A stretch of 64,000 nucleotides of DNA. It comes from Octopus sinensis (taxonomy: Eukaryota). Below are positions 26,156 through 39,300 of this stretch, one piece after another. Location of the stretch: the NCBI RefSeq assembly GCF_006345805.1, contig NC_042999.1:171058001-171122000 (forward strand), in the 5' to 3' direction. The notes under the pieces were generated by a model. It did not search any database. It was given only the letters and a program-made list of their open reading frames with translations, and was not told where the DNA came from. Position numbers and translations under genes: made by a program. Numbering within the stretch: position 1 is the first letter of the stretch; each line of letters opens with the position of its first letter.

Positions 26156-26989
26156 AAGTTATAGCGTGACAATAGACAAATTCATATTTGATAAGTGCCA
26201 ATACAGGAACCTCTCAGCTTTTGACTTACTCTCTAATTTCTGCCGATGATATATATACACATCACAATAATACTCTAATTGAATATTTTAGTTCGTAACT
26301 TTTAATAATATTAACATCTTTAACTTAGCGATTACATTACAGGTTTTATTTCTTCATATATATATTTTTTCATTCCTTATTTTTTTTATTCTTTATCATA
26401 TGAAGTAAGTTAAACCTTTAGTTTTTAGGTATTTTTAGGAATTTGACCTAAGGAGTGACTGTTTTGGGAGTAAAATCCTTTTCCCGTTCAAATAAACTTG
26501 GATATGGTTTGCTTATATGATTTTATATAGTCCTAATGCAGCCATGAAACACGTGTAGTCGATGTACAAGTACTTTTATGCATTATATTATTGTATTAAA
26601 TTTTATTGTTCAATTCATACTTTATTTGATTTTAGATAAATATTTTTATGATGAATGTTTCTTTGTATGTTATCCGCTGTGATTTTAAAAGTATTTGCTC
26701 TTATATATTATATGATTGTAATAATCTTACTGTTCAATATTATATATTATTAAAACTTTAGATTAGTATTGTGTATGGTATATGTCCCACAGCATGGTTT
26801 TGGACGGGTTTATTCATTGACTGAGTTGTGGAATGGTGGTTCGTCTCTAAATTAGTTATATACTTATTATATATTATATATTACGAAATTCGGTCTAATA
26901 TTGTTATACTGAATTTTACCTGTAAGTTTGGAATAATAATTTATTCCCTGATATTATTATTATTATACACATTACATATATGTGTAAAA

Positions 26990-27205
26990 AAAGCTCTTCA
27001 CGCAGTCGAACCAATGAAAGAGCCTCTACCTGGTCACCCGAAATGCTAAACAAATAGCAGCCAAAATATCCCCCTACTTAAATCACACGTCCATTGTATG
27101 AAATGTCCTACATTATCCCTAAAAAACTGTTTTGTGAAGGCTGGAATGTCTTTGATGATCGGTTTGAAGTATCAGGGCTCATTTGAGGTTAAATAACAAC
27201 AAAAT
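26990..27205 (+). mobile_element. Decayed 3' part of another SINE family, ending aacaacaa
   Basis: aaatagcagccaaaatatccc...ggctggaatgtctttgatgatc..atcagggctcatttgaggttaaataacaacaa resembles a common octopod SINE tail (from memory). Confidence 0.45.
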
Positions 27206-27559
27206 TATGGTCAATTTCTGTATTAACACCCGCACGATTTTCGCTAAGGAAAAAAAATTGATTTTTTGCGTGGAATCAAGTACTCTGAACTCCTGATATG
27301 CTGCAAATCCATTATTTTGGTTCGGAAAAATGAGGTGGGGCAGGTTTTCCCTCCAATCCCGGAATCATTGGAATTTTTTTTCATTGAATGAATTTCTGTG
27401 ACCTCCTAAGATTGCAAAATTAGGTTACACGAATGAGCCGTCTTTTGTTTGCCTGTCCTTCTAATTGTTGTTGCTATTGTGCGTCTTTGTATCGTCTACC
27501 TGTCCGAATGTTTTAATGTCCTCTAATGCGTTTTTGTTCCATTTTATATCAAAAGCAGT

Positions 27560-27857
27560 CACTGAATGCGAGTCGTGAACTGAAAGAACAGCTGGAAGTT
27601 GATCCGGACCTTTTCTCGAAGGTCATCACTGGTGATGAAAGATGGTGCTACGGAATTTGCAGATATGGAAGAGGTGAAGACAAAATGACGGAGGCGTGAA
27701 AAGGCACTACTTCGCAAAAGTTCCAGTACTGCTTCGAACAGTGAAAAACGGGTTTGGACCAGGGAGAATAATTTGTAGGTGATAAAAGTGTAAACATGTA
27801 AAAGTAAGCGAATAAAATTGCATTGCAAAGTTCCGGTTTCTTCTGGGTACACCCACG

Positions 27858-27859
<2 letters not shown>
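27560..27859 (+). mobile_element. Internally deleted mariner remnant with right TIR
   Basis: LEVDPDLFSKVITGDERWCYG (first catalytic D), jump to EEVKTK..EA*KGTTSQKFQYCFEQ*K, then aagttccggtttcttctgggtacacccacg-TA. No left TIR found. Confidence 0.85.
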
Positions 27860-27966
<107 letters not shown>

Positions 27967-28061
27967 ATATTTTTTAGAGATAGGATTCTCTCTATATATA
28001 TAGAGTACATCGAAGTGTTCAGTGTATTTGAGCCATAGAGAAATAGTAGAAATAATGAATA

Positions 28062-28896
28062 GAGACAAAACATAGGCTACCAAAATACATTTTTTTTGTG
28101 AAATCATTATATGCACCAAATCACGTAGTAAAATATATAGATATATAAACATACTCAAAATATATTAAAATACGTTAAACTATATAGATATAAATATACA
28201 TAAATATGTTAAGAATATATTAAAAATGTGCAAGCATATAGTCCTACTTACCTTTTAAAAACGATATTAAAATATATAAAATATTGTAAATCCATAAAAT
28301 TTATAATTTGCTTAAAATCCAAGTGTAGAGTATATGGTAAATCCATATAGAACTTCAAAATCCAGAAGTTTATATTCGACGGTCGTTTCTGAGTGTATAC
28401 TGCGGCAAAAATGAACTTAAATTCTGTTCAATACCATCGCCTCCTTCATTTATTATGAGACTACATTTGTTATAACAAATGTCATCTTACCTGTCGAATC
28501 TTCCTTGAGGAAGGAGGCGGTGGTATTGAATAAAATTTTATTTCATTTTTGCACCACTATGCCCCCAGAAACTGCCGTTGGATATAAGCTTCTGGATTTT
28601 AAAGTTCTATATAGATTTACTATATATTCTAACTCAGATTTTAAGCAAGTTATAAAACTTATGGATTTAAAATATTTTATATATTCTAATAGCGTTTTTA
28701 AAAAGTAAGTAGGACCATATGTTTGTACATTTTTAATATATTCTTAACATATTTATATATATTTATATCTATATATTTTAATGTATTTTAATATATTTTG
28801 AGTATGTACATATATATATCTATATATTTTAGTGCATGATTTAGTGCATATAATGATTTCAAAAAAGAATGTATTTTGGTACCATATCTTTTGTGT
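28062..28896. repeat. About 835-bp fold-back palindrome (arms about 400 bp)
   Basis: taccaaaatacatt.. / ..aatgtattttggta; ttcaataccatcgcctccttc / gaaggaggcggtggtattgaa; centre acatttgtta|taacaaatgt at 28463-28482. Confidence 0.93.
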
Positions 28897-29112
28897 GTGT
28901 GCATGTGTGTGATGGTATGTCAATGTGATCATAAATAGGTATATGGGTGGCAGTTTAAAACGTTATGATATTGGTTTTGATGCCACGGTGAGGCTCCTGG
29001 GGGTAAATACCAGCTTTGTGAGTGAATGCAATAGAAAGAACCAGTACAAAATTTTATGTGTGTGTGTTTATTCCTAAGTATATCTGTGCGTGTATAATTC
29101 CCGACTGATAAT

Positions 29113-29205
29113 GGTTTCAAATTTCGGCTCGAGACCAGTAATTTCGAGGAAAGGGTAAGTCGATTTCATGTGTTTCAGTGCTCAGCCAGTACTTATTTTA
29201 TCGGT
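29113..29205 (-). mobile_element. SINE family A 3' fragment, antisense
   Basis: ggtttcaaatttcggc..gggtaagtcgatt..cagtgctcagccagtacttattttatcg. Confidence 0.7.
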
Positions 29206-29561
29206 TTTTCACTGTAAAAGTGTATTAATTGTTCACATGAACTGAACGATAACTACAGCCCCCGTAATTTTTCACTAGAAATTTCATTAGGATTTTTCCT
29301 TTTTAAATTGTTTACATGCCTGTTGGACGGTTTATTTTTCATCATCATATCAGGCAGAAATGGATCTTTCTTGCAGCTGTCATAGTACTTTTGAAATTTT
29401 AAAATCAAGTGACAATTTTAAAATTTGGTAGATTGATGTAATTGTTCACGCTTCATCTGATTTTGTACTGAGAAAAGTTTAGGAAGACGTTCCAGAAAAA
29501 TGTTCGTTAATAATATGTTAGTAATTCATTAACCTCAGGTCGTCCACTGTTCGGACTCACT

Positions 29562-29690
29562 CTAAACCCCAACTTTAAGTTCAATCCTAAAGCCTATCTC
29601 TAATTCTAATCCTAAACATCAACATTAAACCCTAAACCCTGATGCTAACCCTAAATCATGCGCTCCAATCTTAATCATAAACCCTAACAA
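29562..29690. repeat. Degenerate hexamer array resembling (CCCTAA)n
   Basis: ctaaacccc, atcctaaa, aaaccctaaaccctga, ctaaccctaaa and aaaccctaac at about 6-bp periodicity. Confidence 0.6.
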
Positions 29691-29934
29691 GTGAATAAGG
29701 AAATCAGATTCAGTGCCAAAAGTTAAATCAATGTGCCAAATTTGAAAATTTTCATTTAATTTTCAAATTTCAAAAAATGTAACGACTTCACGACCAGTAT
29801 TTCATTACGTCTATGTTAACCATTACAATATAAATTACATATATAAATAAATAGTCATGATATACATATAAATGCGCTGTGTAAATCTTCGGTTGCATCC
29901 TTTTTAATCAAATACCTTAACCGTAGATAGAGTG

Positions 29935-30242
29935 CCGCTCTGATTTAAGCTCAAGAACTTTACACTAATCAGTACGTAATGACGGACAGAATACCGTTAA
30001 GTATTTTGCCCGAACTATTAAAGATTCTGCGAACTTTCACATTTTGGTACAAGGCCAGCAATCTCGGCTAAACGTTAAGTCGATTACATCGACTCCAGTG
30101 TTCAACTGATTCTTATCTTATCGACCCCGAAATCATGGAAATCGAAGGCTACTCCAACAGAATTTGACTTAGAACGTAACGTCGGAATAAACGCCACTAA
30201 GGATTTTATTCCGTCCCGGTAACGATTCTGCCAGCTCGTCGT
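29935..30242 (-). mobile_element. SINE family A, full copy (30040-30242) plus an adjacent second head
   Basis: aagtcgattacatcgactccagtgttcaactg..atcgaccccgaaa..cttagaacgtaac..taacgattctgccagctcgtcg. A second antisense head lies at 29935-30035. Confidence 0.8.
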
Positions 30243-33200
30243 CTTATATAAGCTATAAATATGGCAAGAAATGAGTCCTAGCTTACATGAAAAATGATAT
30301 GATTAATGTTTAAACACAATTATGTACAGACGAAGGGTATATTACATGTGCTTAGATGAATTAGCATATGCCCAGCATATTTACCAGAATGAATATACAT
30401 AAAAGAAGCGTCGGTGGACGAAGCTCAGTGGATCCCTCTTTAATGCGTATATTGCAGTTCATTTTTTGCATAATATTTTATAGAGGATACCTGGCTTTTT
30501 ATTTGTATCGGATGTGCAATGGTCAAGCAATATTCCAATTTAGATATTTTCATACACAGTCTTGATAACTTCAGGCTACAACATTTCTGAATTCGAAAAC
30601 TATACCCAAACTTGTTATTTGAAAGTGCTAGTTCACTAACAACGTTCGTAATCAGTGGCTGCAATGATATACGCAGGTTAAGTTTTATCTCTGTAAATAA
30701 TTCTTTGGTTATGTTACAGTGGTTGTAGCAAATACACGTTTTCAATCAGTTTTCAACACAAAGCAACCATTATAATATTTCTGTAGATCACCTGTGCATA
30801 TGGTATTAGAAAAGTAAATATAGGAATATCTAAGCGATAATGTTACACGTAATATATTAAATGGGCGTTAGATAACTACCATTACTTTCGCTTGAAACTT
30901 TCCCATAATATAACAACTATAGACAACAATATCATATTCCAATTTTATATATAATATGTAATGTGTATGTTTTTTCATTTTGATTTCCTTTAAGACAGGT
31001 TATAATTACGATTATATGCAATGGCAAACTGAATTATTAAGAAATGTAAAATAACGTGATATCAGAACATCAAGATATCGTGATGCGATATCCGTTTTGT
31101 TCCTTGAAGCTTGTTTATGAGAATATTCTTGGAAAAAGCAAATCACATTTTCGTGTCAATATTCCCTTATAGGATATCTTTCCATTGCTTGTTTTCGTCG
31201 GGTGACATTTCATATATATTAATATATATTTCGCCAACACATTGAGTTGTCATGACTACCAATCTTACATAAGATATATTATTACGATAGGAACGTTGTA
31301 TGAAAGCAAGATCTAGACAGAATCTCAATCGTATACAAAATGACGTTGAACCATGAGTGGCTTCAGAAAATCAAACAGCTTCATACTTATGATGAATATC
31401 CGCAGAGTGATATTATAGTGAATCAAGCAGAGGAATTTATACTTTTAAAAACATAAAAACTGTTTTGCAATTCCTATTAACTGTGGTTATAGATTAACTT
31501 TATTCGTATGGAAAAGTTGAAGGTAGGTAATAAATAGTTGTTTTACTTCCCAAGGCATATAATAGCCTCTAAGGCTAACATTTCTTTGTGATGCTGCCCA
31601 CGTGTTTATCCCCACTAATCAGGTTCAGCTAGTGAAATTGGGTTTGATATTGAAAGATATCTCGTGATATATACTTATTCTGTTTAATGAAAGAGGTAAT
31701 ATGGCCCCTTATGCACTACAAAAACATAAAATGATCAGTACACACTACTTAACTCTGAAAAATATCATTAACAGACTTTCTGCTGCATTTAAAAAATGTT
31801 GGTACTACTTCTATACACTTCTTTACACTAATATGTAAGCATAAGAAGCTGTCTAATGCCGTTTTCTAGGTATGCAGAATAAAGTGCGTAACCTCATCAC
31901 ACATCTGTGCCATTAAACCTTCATAGTATGTGAATAGGGATGGTCCACCGAGTGAGATACGTATCAAATGAAGTATATTGGAATACATATAAATTTCAAG
32001 TATACTGTGTGAAAATTGTTACTTCCGCATATTCAATATGACCAATAGTGTGGCAAATGTTTCTCATGTAAAGAATACAAGAACACATTTACATCTAATT
32101 TCTGAACATAAACAGAGTTCACTATGCCCCATTGATCATAAGCTTAAGTGATCCGCATCAATATTTAGCGTTAGAAATATTTTGGTAATTTAGCCACCAC
32201 TGGTAAAATTTCGCTACTTGCAGCTTGAACTGGAGGCTTCTATCTACACACCATAGAAATGTTCATTGGTTGAGTACTCTGAAATAAACTAGTATTCTTA
32301 CAAAACCAGAAAATACTGCATTTTATTCACATCTTACCGGACATAAATGTCATAATTTCTCTTTTAGCTAATATCATTCAATCACTCATTTTTAATTTTC
32401 AGCAAATATACGCACTTGTCATTGAAAATCATAAACCTACCCCAGTCGTACAGCTGCGTGAGCATATACTCTTAGAGCATCATTCAACAGAGAGCCTAGC
32501 ACACTTGGATTTTTCAGTATCACAAGGAATCTGCACTTACACATATCTAAGTTAAAAATATTTTACCTATTTCCTTGCAGTAATACGATTAAAATGCTGA
32601 AGACATTCATATACATCACACGATGTTCCTATACATATTTACATTTGTCTAAATTGCAACAAATACACTTGAAAATAGTTTTGCATTAAGTAGATACTTA
32701 GATCTCATCAGTTACCAACTGTAGACAATGCTCCATTAAGACAAGAATTAAACTTCTATTAAAATCTAATAGTCAGCGCCGTCCATATTTACGAAATCAT
32801 TCTAAAGAAAAGGCAAAAAATGTATTTTTTTTTACACAATATGTATACCTTAGTTCATGCATGCTAGTTTCTTTCTCTGTACCTCCTCTGACAATCAAGC
32901 TAATTGTATACCCTCATTACCGTGGCAAACTTATCTGTCTTGCTTCCATTGTTATATCTCGCATGGAAGACGGAAACAAAACACGATTTTCTACTCCCAG
33001 AATCGCAATCCTCTCCGATTCCTGTTTTCTACTGTCACTTCCAATTTTCACTTTGGATTATGCATCCCGGAAATGAAACACACACACACACACGCACACA
33101 CACATAGCTGCTGCATGCAAAAGTAGCAGAATTAAGTGTTGAAGTGGCTATTTGCATGCTGATATATCGCGAAAAGGCATATTTTCTGAGGTATTCATCC

Positions 33201-36046
33201 GGAGAAAATATCTCTAAAGCAGAACTATATCAGTATTAGAGAAAAATCGTCCAGCAGCAGCCATGACCATGCTAATTGTCTTTTCATGATCTATTTGTGA
33301 TTTCATATATGAAGGGTAGCTGCGTGTGTGTCACTTCCATGAATTAGTGGGCGTTATGGTAACTCGGGCTCTTGTAATAGTTTTCCATTTGCGGAAATAA
33401 TTCGTTGGACCGACACTCAGTACAATGCCAATTCAAGACAAAATTGACATCGGCTGGTGGTTCTAATATTTCAGCCAAACGGACTGTCTCAAGTCATTGA
33501 ATCAGGCAGTTACTGAATATAGAAAACTTAGAACAAAGAAACCTGTTAGCATTTGCAAGTAGCATATTCTATATAGCTGTCAAATGCCATATAACTATTT
33601 TTTGAATGACGAGATGAACCGGTCGCAGTATCAGATATGACTGACTTACCGTGAATCTTACCTTGTGTACTTCAAGTCGGTTACATATTTTATTCGTTTA
33701 TTTCATTTTACACTCGAGTATATTGCAAACTCACCACAATGTTTCGCTTGATTTGTATTAATTTTGTCGGACTATACTTATAAACGGTAGTATTTCCATT
33801 TTGATTCGGCTTTATTAATGGAATTGTTACCATCTTCTGGATAATTTTTCAGTTTACAATCTGTATTCAGCGTTTCAGAACTATATCTTATAACATCACA
33901 AAACGCAAGTTTTATTTGTATCTTATTCGAGATATATTTTTATAATAACTATGACCAGTTTTGCAATGCTTTATTGTTGGAAGTAATGAGCTCTATCTTT
34001 AGTTATCAACGATTTTAGTGTTTTGGCCACTTATAAATGCAGAGGTTGTTTTTGTAAACGTGGAATGCGCAATATCATTTTAAATTATATTACTGAATGT
34101 TTCAGGATGCTATGAAAATAATTAAATCTAGCTACCTTAGAAAACTTGTATAATCGCTGAAACAACATCTTCATGCAAAAATATTAGGAAAAACAAAAAT
34201 TTCGCCCTGGTTTTATATTAGATTTCAGGAGATTTAAATTGTAGATGACTTGATAAAATATGAATTTTTATTTAGTTAACCGTTTTCCAAAACAGTTTTT
34301 GCATTATTTTATTACCTCGCAATTTCATCCAGAGCATTAATTAATTGATGAAATTAATAAAACTATGAAACCTCGGAAAAATCAAAAAGGAATTTTCACT
34401 AATTTCAATAGAGTTTTCTGATGCTAATAAAATGTCCATTTCTCTCATCTTTTAGAAAGAAAACAATATACTCTTTAGTGTGAGCTTTTATCGTATTTGA
34501 AGGCCATGTCTTGTTCATTGTTCTTTTCGTCCGATATGTTTATATAAGTTCCTATTTTGTTGTACTGCAAATATTTCTCTGAGAAAACCAATGCAAACAC
34601 TTTGAGCGTTCTAATTATTAGAAGGAGAATACGGGGTTAGTTTAAATGCATTAATTGGACGTGAGACTGCTAAGCATAACACTGAGGCAAGAGAAAAACC
34701 GTGTATGCAGTTTTCATTTCTAAAAGATCATTTTACTTTCATGATGAAATTTTTCACACAATAAGCTCTGGTAGGACCCACTAAACATATATTGTTTCTT
34801 AATAATTACATCTTGTTTCGCATCGAATATTTAGAAAACTTCATATTGAAATTTATAAAATCTCTCAGAAATATTAATGAAGAAGTTGAAAAAGAAAGAC
34901 TAGAGAGAGGGACCAGAGAAATAAGGGAAGAAGAACTGATCGATTTTGTGTGACAAGTGCTAAAATGAAATTCCAAATTTTCCTTCATTACAATCTTTAG
35001 ACTAACTAGTCAATCCACCCGAATGTATCAGGTTATTGCATTCGTTCTCGATAGACTTCAGTAACAACTACCTATTATACGTAGTACTATAGATTTCTTG
35101 CCAATGTTTGCCACGCTGTATTTCTTCAAAGTAAATTTACACGCACGAATTTTCTCTCTCGAACAGTGTGTTTCAGTAAAGGTCGTTGGAAGAATCCTCT
35201 GTACAGCCGAAATGCACTTGAAATTAAATAAATAAATAAAACTATGGAATCGACTATAGCATGTACACGGGATGAAAGATTGCTCATAAGTTACTGGTAT
35301 ATTTACGGCAAATGAGATGACACGTATTCTGCAATCGACTCACACATACAAAAATTCACACACACACACACACACACAAACACATATACATGCACGCAAA
35401 AGTACACAAACACACACACACCTACACACACATACACATGCACGCACGCACAAGCACACATTCACACACAACATTTTTACTGTTTCGCTTACCGATAGAT
35501 TTCTATTTGTGAAAAGATTATCTTTTCAGGCTGCTCTCTAAGGCATTTACTGACATAACAACGTACACCATTTATAACTAGTATAAATGTGAATTTGTAA
35601 TGTGGCTATAGAAGCTGAATGTCTTGAAGCAGTTATCCGTAGTTATCCCCTTTTCTTCGATTTGTGATGATATATTAAGGTCATAGTAGTTGACCCTTAT
35701 AATGGTACATGTTTTTTGTTTGTCACAAACAACACTAACTGGCCTATATTTGCACTTGGTAGACCTTTTGATGTCAATTTTTCAGAGATATTACTTGCGC
35801 TGATGGTTTTGTATGCGTACAATAAGAGAAGGAGTCTCTATATTTCCCAGACAGTATTTTGTTTTAGTAACGAAGCCATGTCGTATTGACAGGTGGTATC
35901 TTTATGGTATTTTCCGCAGCACATATCACATATGTGATATCTCCTACAAAAATTAAACACAACTGACATTTTCGGTCGCATCATAGGTTTCCATCTTCTT
36001 TTTTATCATTAGGTATTTTGTAGCAATTTCCTGTTGATGGATTGCA

Positions 36047-36376
36047 AATGCATAGCATTCAAAATTTTAAGCAATACAAGAAATTACGAGTTCAAGAGAG
36101 GCTGCACTTCACGTTGATATTAGTATATTTTTTTTAACTTTTTGCGAAACACCCTTGAATAATCTGGTGATCATCCATTCAACACGAAATCAGCTGGATT
36201 AAAACGTCTCAAAGAAAACCTGCTCGTGAAACACCCAGTATACCCAACAAAAAATTAGACTAGGCCAAGATGTTTCCTGAAAAGTCGAAAATGATACTAA
36301 TGTCAACGTTCTGTGCAGCCTTTCTTCAACTCGTAATTTTTTGTTGTAGTACATCAAATTTTGACTGCAATGCATT
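36047..36376. repeat. Diverged inverted repeat (arms about 110 bp, spacer about 110 bp), probable old MITE
   Basis: aattacgagttcaagagaggctgcac..cgttgatattagtat versus atactaatgtcaacg..gtgcagcctttcttcaactcgtaatt, extending out to aatgcat..caaaattt. Confidence 0.85.
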
Positions 36377-39300
36377 AGTTCAATAAAAACATTGTGGAAT
36401 ACTGCCGACTGTTTTTATGAGTCTCGAATATTCTTGGCTTGTTCACAAAATCTTAATATGATATATTTTCATCACTGTCTAGCTAATGATATCGTGCGTT
36501 TTGTGGAACAAGAGACACAGACCCACTGCTGCGTAGATTTGGTGCTTGGGAAACTGATTCGTTCAACAACGAAATACGAACGTTTCTTCAGGCCAATTTC
36601 CTTCCCGCTGTGAAAATTTTAACACCTGCTCGTTGTGATATCGCATATAATTTTATTACAAATGTTCAGGTAATCAAAAGAACAAAAAAAAATAAAACAA
36701 AAAACTTAGAGTTACATTCACATGTCTAGCATTTGCAAACCCAAACAGTTAGCCATTAGATGTTTGTAAAAACAAATAATAACTGAGTTAATGCATAATA
36801 AACAGAAATACAGAACAACTGACCCACTGTAATATTACCTTTGAAATATTTATAACGTTTTAAAGTTTGAGGATTATCGTTCAGATTTTGTAAGTCAATT
36901 GTATTACTTGTGGTAGCTGTACTTTTTCCAAGTGCAGAGATTTAAGCGACTATGTATGAGATATGGTATCAAATTCTGTCATAATTTCGCAAAATTTCTA
37001 CTCTGTTTTCTTACTTCGGGCTACAAATCTTTGTTTTTGAAAAGTGTACGGAATGTCCTGAAACTCCCTTTCTTTCCCACCTAATCAGTTACTACACTTT
37101 TGAACTCGCAACGACTTGATTGAAATAGGTTTAGTCTTTTACTAAGTCGGTGGTTTCATTCTTGGTCATAAGATTCGGCTGTTCAATAGCAAACCGAGTT
37201 GGTCAGTCAATTTAGCTTTCCATTTTTTTAAATGCGTATATTACTGGATTTAACTAGAAAACAAGCTTCCTGCACCAGTATCCAGCTCTTAGTTTATTTC
37301 TGTGCGTCTTCACTTCATGAGACATAGCTATGGCGAATGTTTCAGAACCGATTATATACATTTTCCTTTCAATGTTGTTAAAGAAATATTCCTAATTGGA
37401 TTTAGCATCACTGACTGAAATACCTTTTCCCGTTCTAGATCTTAAACCATAATCAATCCAGATATTCGTCAGTAGAGGCTGTCTTAACAGTAATATTCCC
37501 CCACCTCACCTTCCGGATAATGCTTAGAGATTGGAAGCAAAATTGAAGTTTCTACTGGCTTGTTTTTGTATTTTCTACGATAACGGTGGTTCCTGAGTTC
37601 GTGCTTTAAAGTAGTTATCGTTTCTTCACAAGCTGATGTGGAAAGTTACCGTCTTAACATGTTTTTATAAGATGCAATTGGTAAGGTGTGGAATCATCAT
37701 TCCTCTTACATTTTGTTAATGTGGCTGACCATCAAATATGACGGCAATTATTGTTGGTCTTTTTTAAGATTTACCTCTTATGTTTGTTTCCGTTTAATAA
37801 ATTCCTTAGCTTTATTTTACATGCAGCTACCTTAGGTTAGCTTGTGACCTCACAAATAATATGATCCCACATATATGTCGTAGACATTAGGTGTACAGTG
37901 CAAAGCACCATTTAAAAATAATTAGAACAAGGTCTTCTACAATTATACCAACTGTTCCAGCCAAACTCAGTAGCTTGTTATTTTCTCTGTTATAAATTGA
38001 AGAAGCATCTTTAAGCTATAAATGTCTTGTTATTCAGACCGGATTACAAAATTACAATATTAAAACACCAGTTTTAATATTATGGCTGATATTGATAATA
38101 GCGCCAACACTGATACCAAACTGAAACAGTACAAAAATATGCTTGTATCCTTTTTAGGATTACAGACTTATCCTTCTTATCTCATTTACTTTTCTCATTT
38201 AAATCACGATCTGTTTCGGTGCTATGGTAAAGGACTGAGATGACTAATTAACGGCTATATGAATCGGATATTGATGCTAAGACAAAGGGTACTCAAACTT
38301 AAGCTCTATTATAACAAAACAGTATTTTTTCTTCCTAAACAAAAACTTATTACGGGCGGTAATTGTCATTTCCTCTCTCGCGAAGCTAACAAACATCGAA
38401 ACACTGAGAACCAGCCAAAAGTTTCTGTAAGGAAGATCAAAAATAATATAATCAAAGCGCTGCCTCTATGCCTTTAACTCTAATATAAATTCTACATCAA
38501 AAACAATCGGCCAGCGATGGCTGTGAAACATTGAAATATAGTGGATTTGAAATATCAGTTCCTAAACAAATTTTCCAGTTTGTCTAAACTGTATTTGAGT
38601 TACAATATATTCATATGCACAGCAATTATTACTCTTAAAGAACACCTAAGAAAACGCAGAAATAAACACAACTCTGTGTGTGTGAGTATGTGTGTCTGTG
38701 AGTTTATGTTGAGTGTGTGCATATATGTGTGCATGCGTGTGTGTGTGTGTGTGTGTGTATATATTAGTAATTCTTTTTATATCATCAAATGATGACAAAA
38801 TGTCATATGAAAAAAGAATTCTGTTGTATACAATACGATGTCTATAAAAATTATTTGCATTGGAAATGGAGAAACAATGTATGCTTATGCTGTCTAGATA
38901 TTTGAACACGTATGAAGGATATTCAGCATTTCCTGATTTATAGTTTCCTAGACAGTATGTGCAGACGTAGAATAAATAAGATCACAAATGGACTGAAGCA
39001 GAAAATATATACGTAGTAAGTATATAAGAAATAAAAAGTTACTTTAAAAGTGTATATTTTAGAAAAAAGTGAGTACATAATAATCAGACAGCAAGATTAT
39101 TAGTAACATTTCAGTCATGTTTAAACAGTAGTTGGAACATCAGTTTGAGTGTGAGTTATATGTCACAGATATTTAAAATGTAATTATATTTATGAAAGAG
39201 TCGTATATAACATACAATTAGGAAATATGAACTTCGGGAGAAAATTATAGGAGTGGCAAATTACAAGGTGTTACTCTTCTGACGAGTCAAGTCACAATTT

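Noticed and set aside
26525-26560. ctaatgcagccatgaaacacgtgta, hammerhead-like with palindromic stem III
   Set aside because: Two core changes, no stem II and no stem I. It may be a very old PLE end but cannot be supported.
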